Below, one piece after another: positions 1 to 9,717 of a DNA stretch of 32,000 nt. The DNA lies in contig NC_000909.1 in NCBI RefSeq assembly GCF_000091665.1, forward strand, positions 940,712 through 972,711, in the 5' to 3' direction. Source of the stretch: Methanocaldococcus jannaschii DSM 2661. GTDB taxonomy: Archaea > AGJL01 > Methanococci > Methanococcales > Methanocaldococcaceae. The notes beneath the pieces are model-generated. The model did not search any database and had not been told where the DNA came from. It was given only the letters and a program-made list of their open reading frames with translations. The first letter of the stretch is position 1. Each line of letters starts with the position of its first letter. Made by a program: the position numbers and the translations under genes.

Positions 1-367
1 ATGTATTTTTTGGTGTTGGAATACCACATAAAGAAGGAGCATCCTTTATCAAACTCCTTATAATTTCAATAGGCTTTTTATCATCCTCATACTCTTCAAA
101 CAAGACTTCTATAATTAGACGAAAACCGAAGGTTTTCGTTGCTCGAAGCTTCGCTTCGAACTCATCATACTTAGAGATAAAAATCTCTCTCAAATCGATA
201 TAAAACACAACATATTTGTTTTTATCCAGTCTATTGTTGATAATTTCATTAATTAGGGCTGTTTTTCCAGAGTTTATGGGGCCATAAATAAAATAAATTA
301 AATTTGGTTCTTCTTCTAAAATTGATAAAATTTCTTTTATTTCTTCCACCCTATTAAAGAATTTCAT
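1..367 (-). CDS. Archaeal P-loop ATPase, partial (C-terminal part beyond window edge)
   Basis: Manual minus-strand translation from the ATG at 367: MKFFNRVEEIKEILSILEEEPNLIYFIYGPINSGKTALINEIINNRLDKNKYVVFYIDLREIFISKYDEFEAKLRATKTFGFRLIIEVLFEEYEDDKKPIEIIRSLIKDAPSLCGIPTPK. Walker A is GPINSGKT; open to position 1. Resembles the archaeal ATPase family with several M. jannaschii paralogs. Confidence 0.85.
   Translation of the reverse strand, partial: MKFFNRVEEIKEILSILEEEPNLIYFIYGPINSGKTALINEIINNRLDKNKYVVFYIDLREIFISKYDEFEAKLRATKTFGFRLIIEVLFEEYEDDKKPIEIIRSLIKDAPSLCGIPTPKNT
121..159. repeat. Two adjacent perfect hairpins inside the ATPase CDS
   Basis: gaaaacc-gaa-ggttttc at 121-137 and tcgaagc-ttc-gcttcga at 143-159; both have 7-bp stems and 3-nt loops and lie in frame. 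Confidence 0.8.
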
Positions 368-398
368 ATTTATCAACTCCTCAAATTTACTATATATT

Positions 399-1148
399 TC
401 ATATCATTTTTTTGCCAGTAATTAAAAAGTATATCTCTTTTCTAAAGTCATTTGCAGAATTTTCGCATCTTTCTAAATATTTTCCTATATTGGTTAGCTC
501 ATTCACAATAGCAACATTATAGTTTTTGCAAAACATTTTGAAATATATAGGATATATATGAACGCCCCCAAGTGGGGGCGTTCAAATTTTTATTTTTAAT
601 TTTAATAACTTTTGCAAAAACTATAAACACATCTTCAAAAATCTTTCTTGCTAAGTATCTTTGAAACTCTTCATAAAATATCTTTTCAATTTCTCTGTGT
701 AGTTTATATATCTCATCAATTTTATTTATATCTTCATTTATGTAAGAAGAAATACTCAATAAATTATCTCCTCAGTTAAAGAAGCCATTCTTTTTATGTA
801 TTTGTCATTTCTATCAAAATTAAATTTTGAATTTAGCAGAACAAAACTTATCTTTACGGCACATTCTTCAATTTTTTCCAACATTGAACACAATTTTATA
901 ATTGTTAGCAATTTTCTTAAATCTTTTGAGACGGGTCTATATAGGCATAGAGCTTTTACTGAATACATCTCCAATGACTCTAAATTTTTGATTATGTTAT
1001 TGTTTTTATAAATTACCAAATTACAGATGTCTTTTTTGTTTGTGCAGTATCCTTCAACACTAAGATTTAGATTTTTTATTATTTCTTCCCCTAATAGCTC
1101 TATTTTTCTATCCATCTCATTTACTATGTCATCAAATTTTTTTGGCAT
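399..1148 (-). pseudogene. phoU: Broken PhoU-like phosphate regulator in three segments (N-terminal 756-1148; middle ORF 517-759; C-terminal 399-536)
   Basis: The N-terminal ORF has PhoU-like helical sequence (VSKDLRKLLTIIKLCSMLEKIEECAVKISF). The second half resumes in another frame from a TTG at 759. A C-terminal PhoU-like signature, absent from the ORF track, is readable at 536-399: MFCKNYNVAIVNELTNIGKYLERCENSANDFRKEIYFLITGKKMI*. Located directly downstream of pstB. Confidence 0.75.
517..626. repeat. Concentric palindromic element E1 (110 bp)
   Basis: Outer arms TTATAGTTTTTGCAAAA (517-533) and TTTTGCAAAAACTATAA (610-626), 17 bp perfect. Inner TGAACGCCCCC-AAGT-GGGGGCGTTCA (559-584). Both centres at 571.5. 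Confidence 0.9.
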
Positions 1149-1214
1149 AAATATCCCTCAATAAGTATAAAAGTTCATATTTTGTGATTAATTAAAAAAT
1201 TTTGATGATGATAC

Positions 1215-1973
1215 TTAACCAAACCTACCACTAATGTAGTCATCTGTCTCCTTCTTCTGTGGATTTAGGAATATCTGCTCTGTCTCTCCAAACTCAATTA
1301 ATTTCCCCATTAAGAAAAAGGCAGTGTAATCAGAAACCCTACTTGCCTGCTGCATGTTGTGGGTAACAACAACAATCGTATAATCTTTAGCTAACTCAAC
1401 CATTAACTCCTCTATCTTTAATGTGGAGATAGGGTCTAAGGCAGATGTTGGTTCATCCATCAATAAAACCTCTGGCTTAACTGCTATCGCTCTCGCTATA
1501 CATAACCTCTGCTGTTGTCCTCCAGAGAGAGATAAAGCGTTTTTATGCAGTTCATCTTTAACCTCATCCCACAAAGCCGCTTTCTTTAAAGCCCACTCAA
1601 CAATCTTATCCAATTCTTTTTTATCCTTAATTCCATGAATTCTTGGGCCAAATGCAACATTATCATAGATGCTCATAGCAAAAGGATTTGGCTTTTGAAA
1701 TACCATTCCTACTCTCTTTCTCAACTCATAAACATCAACATCCTTATCATAGATATTTTTTCCATCCAATAAAACCTCTCCCTCTATTCTAACATTTGGA
1801 ATTAAATCATTTAGCCTATTTAAGCATCTTAAAAATGTTGATTTACCACATCCACTTGGCCCTATTAAGGCAGTTATTTTATTCTCATAGATTGGGAGAT
1901 TTATATCAAATAACGCCTGCTTTTCCCCATACCACAAATTTAGGTTTTTTGTTTCCATCTTCACCTTTGTCAT
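1215..1973 (-). CDS. pstB: Phosphate ABC transporter ATP-binding protein
   Basis: Walker [10 protein letters not shown], signature [14 protein letters not shown], Walker B VLLMDEP; clustered with pstA/C/S. Confidence 0.97.
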   Translation of the reverse strand: MTKVKMETKNLNLWYGEKQALFDINLPIYENKITALIGPSGCGKSTFLRCLNRLNDLIPNVRIEGEVLLDGKNIYDKDVDVYELRKRVGMVFQKPNPFAMSIYDNVAFGPRIHGIKDKKELDKIVEWALKKAALWDEVKDELHKNALSLSGGQQQRLCIARAIAVKPEVLLMDEPTSALDPISTLKIEELMVELAKDYTIVVVTHNMQQASRVSDYTAFFLMGKLIEFGETEQIFLNPQKKETDDYISGRFG

Positions 1974-2003
1974 TTCTATCCCTTTTTTATATTTTATAAA
2001 ATT

Positions 2004-2849
2004 TTATAATTTTATATCATCCTTTAAAGCATATCTTATCGGAACAAATATTGCTAAAAATATTATAAGCATTACTAAAGCCGCTCCCCATGCCATCTGG
2101 TGGTCTTCTATAGAAGGACTTTGAACTAATGTATAGATGAGGAGAGGAATTGCTCCAACTGGCTCTAATGGATTTGTTGGATAGACCTCATACAACCCTC
2201 CTGCAGTAAATAGTAGAGGAGCTGTTTCTCCAGCAACCTTTGCCATACCAATTAAAATTCCTGTTAAAATTCCTTTTTTAGCCATCTTCGTAATAACTTT
2301 GAATATTACTTGTGCCCTTGTGCATCCTAACGCATAACCTCCTTCTTTATAAATCTTTGGGACTTCTGCCATCGCTTCTTCTGTATAAACTGCAACATAA
2401 GGAGTTAATATTAAAGCTAAAGCCAAAGCCCCAGCTAATGCTGAAAAAGTTCCCATAGGAACAACTAACATACCCATGACAAATGTACCAACCAGTATAG
2501 TTGGGAATTCTAACATTATCTGCAGTAACATCTTTGTAGCTCTTCCAATAAAGCTGTTTGGGAATTCATAGGCATAAGCTCCAGCTAAGAAAGCTAAAGG
2601 TAAGCCAATTAAAGTCGCTAAGAATGTGAGCATTAAAGTCCCAACTATTGCCGGACCTATTCCTCCCTCACTCAACGTTCCAGTTATGAAAGTTAAGCCC
2701 CTTTCCATTATTATTGGTAGTCCTTTTTCAACAATTGAAATTATTATATGGAATAAAGGGAGTATTGCCAATAAAGTTAATGCCCCAACAATAAATAGAA
2801 ATATCTTATCTTTAATCATTCTAATGGTTTTATGTTTAATGGGAGACAT
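2004..2849 (-). CDS. pstA: Phosphate ABC transporter permease PstA
   Basis: Hydrophobic permease with PstA-like motifs (GGIGPAIVGTLMLT, KVAGETAPLLFTAG); overlaps pstC. Confidence 0.93.
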   Translation of the reverse strand: MSPIKHKTIRMIKDKIFLFIVGALTLLAILPLFHIIISIVEKGLPIIMERGLTFITGTLSEGGIGPAIVGTLMLTFLATLIGLPLAFLAGAYAYEFPNSFIGRATKMLLQIMLEFPTILVGTFVMGMLVVPMGTFSALAGALALALILTPYVAVYTEEAMAEVPKIYKEGGYALGCTRAQVIFKVITKMAKKGILTGILIGMAKVAGETAPLLFTAGGLYEVYPTNPLEPVGAIPLLIYTLVQSPSIEDHQMAWGAALVMLIIFLAIFVPIRYALKDDIKL

Positions 2850-3783
2850 GCTCTCTCCACCTCTTCAAATAATAAATTCCAATGATATTAACAACCAATC
2901 CTATAACAAACAGCACTAAACCAGCAGAGTAGAGGACAGAAGTCATATACTCATACAACACTGCATTTCCAAATTGATTTGCTATCAATGATGATATTGT
3001 ATATCCTGGAGCAAAGAGCTTGTAAGTTAGGTTGAAGGAGTTTCCAATAACCAGTGAAACAGCAACTGTTTCTCCTAAAGCCCTACCAAAAGCCAATATA
3101 AGCCCTGAAATTATGGCTGGTCTTATGTATTTTATTAAAACCTTTGTGGTTTCATATCTTGTTGCTCCTAAAGCAACTAAACCCTCTTTATAAACAGATG
3201 GAATCATTGCATAAGCCTCTCTAATAATAGCTGCTGCAAATGGAGTAACCATTATTCCCAACAAAATTCCTGCTGATAGATAGCAATAACCTGATAATGG
3301 AGGGTAATCAAAGAGTGGAATAAATGAAAAATGTTCATACAAAAATTTCATAATATGGTCTCTTAACAGAGGGACTAATATGAATGCTCCCCATATACCA
3401 TAAATTATTGTTGGAAGTCCTGCCATAATATCTGAAATTACAATTAAAGGATATTTCAGTCTTTTAGGAGCATAATCATTGACAAATATTGCATAGCATA
3501 TAGATAGAGGCAAAGCTATTAAAACAGCAATTGTTGCTGTATATATACTACCCCAAATTGGCGCTGCTAATCCATAAACTTCTTTTGCAGGTTCTTCAGC
3601 CGCTTTCCAAACATTTGTTATAAATAAATCAATACCATATCTCTCAATAGCTGGGAGTGCATTGAAGAAATAAAAGCCTAATATTAAAACAAATAATATA
3701 AACACAACAAATATTGCTGGTAATGTTATTATTTTGAATTCATCTATCTTTCTTAGGAGTTTTTTAATCTCCATGGTTTTCAA
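2836..3783 (-). CDS. pstC: Phosphate ABC transporter permease PstC
   Basis: PstC-like motifs (AAPIWGSIYTATIAVLIALPLSI, FGRALGETVAVSLVIGN); exact start uncertain. Confidence 0.93.
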   Translation of the reverse strand: MKTMEIKKLLRKIDEFKIITLPAIFVVFILFVLILGFYFFNALPAIERYGIDLFITNVWKAAEEPAKEVYGLAAPIWGSIYTATIAVLIALPLSICYAIFVNDYAPKRLKYPLIVISDIMAGLPTIIYGIWGAFILVPLLRDHIMKFLYEHFSFIPLFDYPPLSGYCYLSAGILLGIMVTPFAAAIIREAYAMIPSVYKEGLVALGATRYETTKVLIKYIRPAIISGLILAFGRALGETVAVSLVIGNSFNLTYKLFAPGYTISSLIANQFGNAVLYEYMTSVLYSAGLVLFVIGLVVNIIGIYYLKRWREHVSH

Positions 3784-3947
3784 CCTTTTTTAATCCTTAT
3801 CTTATGGCTTTTATAAGTTCTATTTTAATAAGACTTTCGCAGGATTAAATAATTGTAACATTGTATATTGCTTAATAAAAATATTATTCCCAAATATAAA
3901 ATTTCTTATCTTTAAATTTGGATTTAAAAAATATTAAAAAATTAGAT

Positions 3948-5117
3948 TTATTCTTTTATCATATTTACAGCATTTAATCCAATCTTAGCAACATCTTCTG
4001 GTAATCCTACATAACCTGGAGCTAAATGCTCTGGTTTCTGCCCTTCTGTTAATACCCATGTTAAGAAATCTTTTATAGCTTTAGCTTTTTCTGGAGAGTA
4101 GTGCTTACCATTTTTGTTTTCCCAAACTAATAAGTGTGTGAATGCAACTATTGGATAGGCATTGTCTCCAGGGGCATCCAACATCTGCTTTAAATCCTCT
4201 TTGTATCCTTCTGTTGGGTTTGGAATACTTGCCTTAACTGCTGAAACTGCTGCTTTTATTGTTTCATCTGTTGGTTTAACAAATTTACCATTTTTGTTTT
4301 CTAATGCTGCAACTGGAAGTTTTTGTTCTATTGCATATGAAAGCTCAGTATATGCAACTGTATAAGGCGTTGATTTCACTATTGCTACAACACCTGGATT
4401 TCCTTTTCCAGCGACTCCCCTGCCTATATTATCAGTTGGCCAATTAACAGTTTTTCCAGCTCCAACTTTTTCAGCCCATTCCTTACTAATTAAGCTTAGA
4501 TATGTTGTAAATATGGCGGTTGTTCCACTTGCGTCACTTCTATGAACAACGATAATCTTCTCATGTGGGAGTTTATCAGCAATTTCTGGGTTTATTTTTT
4601 TAATTCTTTCATCGTCCCAGTATTCAATCTTACCTAAGAATATATCAGCTAAAACATCCCTACTCAATTTTAAAGTTTTATCTCCAATTTCTGGGATGTT
4701 GTAGGTTACAACCACAGCACCAACAATTTCTGGGAATTGTAATGGTTGGTCTCCTGTTGATAAGAATTTCTTCCACATGCTTTCTTTAACTGGAGGGTCA
4801 GTTCTTCCAATATCAGTTAAACCTTTTGCAAATGCCTCTTGCCCGTATCCTGAACCTCCTCCCTCATACTCAATCTTGACATTAGGATGGGTTTTTTGAT
4901 AATCTTCAATCCATTTCTGGATTTGGTATTTTGGGAATGTTGCCCCTGTAGTCCTAATTATTATGGTACTTGGTTTTTCATTATTTGACGGTTGAGAATT
5001 ACCTCCACCAACACATCCAGCTATTGAAATTACTGGGACTATTAAACACAGCCCCAATATTAATGCCAATATTTTTTTCACAGCATCACCTTTTGTAGGT
5101 TGTGTGGTGTCATTCAA
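3948..5117 (-). CDS. pstS: Phosphate-binding lipoprotein PstS; true start possibly GTG near 5081
   Basis: Signal peptide with lipobox-like SIAGC, then TIIIRTTGATFPKYQIQKWIEDY, VEYEGGGSGYG and HRSDASGTTAIF motifs. The likely start (VKKILALIL...) has AGGTGAT upstream. Confidence 0.93.
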   Translation of the reverse strand: MNDTTQPTKGDAVKKILALILGLCLIVPVISIAGCVGGGNSQPSNNEKPSTIIIRTTGATFPKYQIQKWIEDYQKTHPNVKIEYEGGGSGYGQEAFAKGLTDIGRTDPPVKESMWKKFLSTGDQPLQFPEIVGAVVVTYNIPEIGDKTLKLSRDVLADIFLGKIEYWDDERIKKINPEIADKLPHEKIIVVHRSDASGTTAIFTTYLSLISKEWAEKVGAGKTVNWPTDNIGRGVAGKGNPGVVAIVKSTPYTVAYTELSYAIEQKLPVAALENKNGKFVKPTDETIKAAVSAVKASIPNPTEGYKEDLKQMLDAPGDNAYPIVAFTHLLVWENKNGKHYSPEKAKAIKDFLTWVLTEGQKPEHLAPGYVGLPEDVAKIGLNAVNMIKE

Positions 5118-5212
5118 AACTTTTTTAATGATTTAAGGTATAGATGAACGCCTTCTAAAAGAAGGCGTTCAAAATTTTCATTAGTAGATTTTGTTATTTT
5201 TGAATGACACCA
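5105..5212. repeat. Concentric palindromic element E2 (108 bp) upstream of and overlapping the possible pstS start
   Basis: Outer arms TGGTGTCATTCAAAA (5105-5119) and TTTTGAATGACACCA (5198-5212), 15 bp perfect. Inner TGAACGCCTTC-TAAAA-GAAGGCGTTCA (5145-5171). Centres 5158.5 and 5158. Confidence 0.88.
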
Positions 5213-5347
5213 TAATTTACAATAGATTGTAAGATACATAAAGGTATATAAAGTTTTCTATTTTGAATTAAAGTTCATATTTTATGAACATTCAATTTTA
5301 ATAGTTAAAAACTCAATATAAAAAGTAAAACACTTCTTTGTGAAACC

Positions 5348-6232
5348 ATGGAATTCTCAGAATGGACAAAAAATAAAAGAAAGTTAAATAATTTAGAAGA
5401 ATTAAAAAGAGACATCATAGAACAATTTAAAGAAAAAAATGCCTTAGATGAAGGCATTGTAGTTATGGCGAGTGGTGGAAAAGATAGCTCAACAGCAATT
5501 GCCTTAGCTAAGGACTTAGGATTAAATATAGAGTATTTAATACACTTCTATCATAGATGGAGTTGGGATGTATCAAAAAAAATGGTTGAAAAGCTCTCTA
5601 AGAAGTTTGATATCCCAGTGATATTTTACAATATTACAGACGAACTTTTAAAGAGAACTAAGGGGGCTAAGGGTAGTAGTATCTGCAGAATATGTAAAAA
5701 TATTATGAAGGATAAAGCCGTTGATATATCCAAAGAAAAAGGAATTAGAATAATTATGACTGGAGATTCTGCTCTTGAAAAAGTCTCTGGAGCGGTTATG
5801 AACTATCTGAGAGATGTTTATGGAGAGGTTGTATATAACAAAATGGAACTCACTCCAGTCCCACAAAAATATAGCAAAGGAAAAGATAAAGAAGTTTTAT
5901 TCTTTAGACCTTTGATAAGATTAGCTTGTGAGGATGTTTTAAAGCTAATGGATTACTATAATATAGAGATAGAGAGGGCTCATGAGGTAGGTGATAAAAT
6001 TGGATTTTGGAGGGAAGGATGCTGTTTGCAGTATGCTGATGAAAACGCCCTATTAAATGAGAAACTCTTTAATGAACTCTACAAATATAACAAAATAGCC
6101 ACTGAAGTAGCAAAAAAACATGGGTTTAGGGCTTCTATAAAACTACCTTCAAAAAAGATTATGGTAGTGCCCAAAAAAGATGAATATATTACTTTAATCA
6201 AAAACGCTCTGAGGGATGTAGATGAAAGTTAA
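5348..6232 (+). CDS. PP-loop (N-type) ATP pyrophosphatase-like enzyme with paired cysteine motifs; substrate unknown
   Basis: PP-loop [21 protein letters not shown]; CRICKNIMK and [14 protein letters not shown] cysteine motifs. Confidence 0.8.
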
Positions 6233-6833
6233 GGTTTATAGAGTTGGTGGAATTACAGGAATTTTTTTGATATTTCTAATTTTATTGCTATTGATAATTT
6301 TGGCAATAGTTGCTTTACCAATATTTTTAATTCTAATGGCAATATTTGGAGGATATATTTTATTAAAATATAAGATAAAATCATTTTTTAGGAAAGTTTG
6401 GTATAATATAAGAAAGAAGAAGATAAAGATTGAGGATACATCAACAAATGGTGAGGTAAAAATAAATTTTGCTAAAAGAATAGAAATTGAAGATGGCAAA
6501 ATAGAAACAAACAATATAAACACTTTATTGGATTATTTAGATGAAAATACAAAATCTTTTGCTTACTATTTAAAAAATATAGGAGCTGAGTTTAGAGATG
6601 ACGGCATTTACTTTAAAGGATACAAAATATATCCAATATTCAAAAAATCTTATCCAATAAATGAAATTATAAGCCTAAGATATCCAGAAAACATTGATGC
6701 TGTGGTTTTAGGATTAAAAGGAGAACCTTATGATCCAAAATTTTTATATTTGATTCCAAAAGAGTTTTTAAAGGATAGGATGAGCATCTCTGAACTAAAA
6801 AGGTTTGAAATTGGAGACATGGTACTCAAATAA
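6222..6833 (+). CDS. Uncharacterised protein with N-terminal transmembrane region
   Basis: Hydrophobic residues ~8-50 followed by a soluble domain; 11-nt overlap with the upstream gene suggests coupling. Confidence 0.75.
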
Positions 6834-6839
6834 TAATGA

Positions 6840-8414
6840 TTATAAATTTATCACAGCAACATCTTTAATATTTGGAATCTCTTTTATTTTTTCAATAACT
6901 TCCTCAGGGACTGTATGGTCTAAGTTTAATAGCATTACACTTTCTCCTCCAGGCTCTTTTCTTCCTACTTGCATACTTGCAATATTTATTCCATAATCAC
7001 CCAATGTTATGCACACCCTACCAATTGTGCCAGGTCTATCAATATGTTTAATAATTGCTAAAACTCCCTCTGGAATGAAGCTAACTTCATATCCATCAAC
7101 TTCTAAGATAACTGGTTTATTGTTTATTATTGCCCCAACTATTGAGAATTTTTTCTTATCACTTTCAGCAGTTATTTTTATAGCATTTCCATATTTCTCT
7201 TCAGAGGTTGAGCTTTCAACCACATTGATATTTCTATTTTTTGCTATAATAGGGGCATTAACCAAATTGATTCCAGCCAATAATATTGGTGACAAAAGCC
7301 CTTTTAAGAAAGCTCTTTTTATTAAATCAGTTTTTTCTTTGGCTAATTCTCCTGAATATATAAGTTCAACCCTATTAACAGAACCATCTAATACCTGCAT
7401 AACAATGTTTCCAAGCATCTCTGCCAACAACATGTATGGTTTTAGTTTTCCTAACTTTTCTTGGGGAATATTGGGCATATTTACAACATTTTCAGCTAAC
7501 TCTCCTCTCAAAACCTTCTTTATCTGCTCTGCCACAATAGTTCCAGCTGCTTTCTGTGCCTCTTCAGTTGAAGCTCCTTGGTGTGGAGTTCCTATAACAT
7601 TATCTAACGTTAATAATGGATTGTCCTTAGGTGGCTCTTCCTCAAACACATCCAAGGCTGCTGCTCTAATTTTACCCTCTTTTAATGCTTCATATAAAGC
7701 CTTTTCATCAATAAGTCCTCCTCTTGCACAATTAACAATTATGGCATTCTTTTTCATTAGGGCTATTTGTTCTCTACCAATAATATGTCTTGTTTTTGGT
7801 GTTAATGGAACATGCAGAGTTATAAAATCAGCCCTCTTACATAGCTCATTTATATCATCAACCAACTCAACTCCCATACTTTCAGCAACTTCCTTTGGGA
7901 TGTAAGGGTCGTAACCAATTATGTTCATTCCAAATGCCTTAGCTCTCTTAACAACTTGCTGTCCTATCCTTCCCAAACCAATAACTCCAAGTGTTTTTCC
8001 ATACAATTCAATACCTTTAAATCTCTTTCTATCCCATTCTCCTCTTTTTAATGATGCTGTTGCTTGAGGAATGTTTCTTGCAGCAGCAAGCATTAATCCC
8101 ATAGTTAGCTCAGCTACAGAGATTGATGAAGCATCAGGGGCATTAACTACTATAATCCCTTTTTCTGTTGCTGCTTCAACGTCTATGTTATCCACTCCAA
8201 CTCCAGCTCTACCAATAACCTTTAATTTTTCAGCCTTCTCAATAACATCCCTTGTGACCTTTGTCCCACTTCTAACAACTAAAACATCTGCATCTTTAAT
8301 TTTTTCTAACAATTCTTCTTTTGTTAATCCAGTAGCTACTTCAACCTCTCCAACTTCCTCTAATATCTTTATTGCATCTTCATGCAATGGGTCTGTAACT
8401 AATATCTTAACCAT
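6840..8414 (-). CDS. serA: D-3-phosphoglycerate dehydrogenase with C-terminal ACT domain
   Basis: [58 protein letters not shown]; C-terminal ACT-like region ([26 protein letters not shown]). Confidence 0.97.
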   Translation of the reverse strand: MVKILVTDPLHEDAIKILEEVGEVEVATGLTKEELLEKIKDADVLVVRSGTKVTRDVIEKAEKLKVIGRAGVGVDNIDVEAATEKGIIVVNAPDASSISVAELTMGLMLAAARNIPQATASLKRGEWDRKRFKGIELYGKTLGVIGLGRIGQQVVKRAKAFGMNIIGYDPYIPKEVAESMGVELVDDINELCKRADFITLHVPLTPKTRHIIGREQIALMKKNAIIVNCARGGLIDEKALYEALKEGKIRAAALDVFEEEPPKDNPLLTLDNVIGTPHQGASTEEAQKAAGTIVAEQIKKVLRGELAENVVNMPNIPQEKLGKLKPYMLLAEMLGNIVMQVLDGSVNRVELIYSGELAKEKTDLIKRAFLKGLLSPILLAGINLVNAPIIAKNRNINVVESSTSEEKYGNAIKITAESDKKKFSIVGAIINNKPVILEVDGYEVSFIPEGVLAIIKHIDRPGTIGRVCITLGDYGINIASMQVGRKEPGGESVMLLNLDHTVPEEVIEKIKEIPNIKDVAVINL

Positions 8415-8546
8415 GTCTATTCACCATTTCATCAATTATTAACAACCATAAATTATAAAATGCATAATGTCCTCTAAAAGCAGTAGATAGATGATTATCC
8501 CAATCATATATATATGTGATAGTTTATAGGTATTTTGGTGAAATAT

Positions 8547-9611
8547 ATGGAGGCAGTGTTAATCTTAGAGGACGGAACAATTTTAAAAGGAAAAGGTTTT
8601 GGAGCAGAGAAAGAGGTTTTTGGAGAATTAGTTTTTACAACAGTTATGACTGGTTATGTTGAAGTTTTAACAGACCCTTCATATAAAGGGCAAATAGTTA
8701 TGATGACTTATCCATTAGAAGGGAATTATGGAGTTAAAAAGGATTGGTTTGAGTCAGATGGGATAAAGGCAGAGGGTTTTGTTGTTAGAGAGGTAACAAG
8801 TAAAGCTTTAGATGACTTTTTAAAGGAGTATGATATCCCAGGAATTCAAGATATTGATACAAGATTCTTAACAAGAAAGATTAGGGATAAAGGAGTTGTT
8901 AAAAGCTGTTTAAAGGTTGCTGAAGAAATAAGTGATGATGAAATATCTGAATTATTGGAGAGAGTTAAAAGATACAGTGATATATCAGATATTGATTTAG
9001 TTCCTTTAGTTTCAACAAAAGAACCAAAAATTCATAAAACAGCTAACCCAAAGGCAAGATGTGTTTTAATTGATTGTGGAGTTAAATTGAATATTATAAG
9101 AAGTTTAGTTCAAAGAAACTGTGAAGTTATTCAAGTCCCATACAACACAAAGTATGATGAAATCTTAGAATACAAACCAGATTTTGTTTTAATCTCCAAT
9201 GGCCCAGGAGACCCAGCAAGATTAAAAGAAGTTATTAAAAATATTAAAAACTTAATTGGTGTTGTCCCAATAACAGGAATTTGTTTAGGTAATCAACTTT
9301 TATCCTTAGCATTTGGTGGAGAAACATACAAGATGAAGTTTGGGCATAGGGGAGGAAACCAGCCAGTTAAAGATTTAAAAACACAAAAAGTTTATATAAC
9401 CTCCCAAAACCATGGATTTGCTGTTAGAAAGGAGAGCTTACCAGATGATGTAGAAGTTAGCTTTATAAATCTAAACGATATGACTGTTGAAGGTATTAGG
9501 CATAAGGATTTACCAATATTCTCAGTTCAATTCCACCCAGAGGCAAGACCAGGACCTCATGACACAATGTTTTTATTCGATGAGATGATTAAGCTGAAGG
9601 ATAGGAAATAA
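8547..9611 (+). CDS. carA: Carbamoyl-phosphate synthase small subunit (ORF opens at 8535)
   Basis: [20 protein letters not shown]; glutamine amidotransferase motif [18 protein letters not shown]; FQFHPE-type motif [16 protein letters not shown]. Confidence 0.96.
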   Translation: MEAVLILEDGTILKGKGFGAEKEVFGELVFTTVMTGYVEVLTDPSYKGQIVMMTYPLEGNYGVKKDWFESDGIKAEGFVVREVTSKALDDFLKEYDIPGIQDIDTRFLTRKIRDKGVVKSCLKVAEEISDDEISELLERVKRYSDISDIDLVPLVSTKEPKIHKTANPKARCVLIDCGVKLNIIRSLVQRNCEVIQVPYNTKYDEILEYKPDFVLISNGPGDPARLKEVIKNIKNLIGVVPITGICLGNQLLSLAFGGETYKMKFGHRGGNQPVKDLKTQKVYITSQNHGFAVRKESLPDDVEVSFINLNDMTVEGIRHKDLPIFSVQFHPEARPGPHDTMFLFDEMIKLKDRK

Positions 9612-9717
9612 ACTTCTAAAAAATATTTTTATTTTATTGCCTTGAAGGTTAATTTAATTTTAAATTTAAATTATTTTAATTAAATTAAAAACAAGTTTTA
9701 TCTAAATGGGGAGAGAT

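Noticed and set aside
796-1011. Short antisense ORFs (also 1423-1638, 1796-1999, 2626-2919, 4162-4365, 10635-10907, 15043-15309, 15886-16107, 25762-25944, 26264-26578)
   Set aside because: Largely embedded opposite well-supported genes, with no distinct start context or recognisable domains.
7009-7905. Long +strand ORF (298 aa) and 8071..8442 antisense to serA
   Set aside because: Shadow ORFs opposite a strongly supported serA CDS; translation is low-complexity S/I/F-rich with no family resemblance.
9640-9705. AT-only dyads (ttaatttaattttaaatttaaatta...)
   Set aside because: Low-complexity A/T sequence readily forms dyads by chance; no GC content or neighbouring structure to support function.
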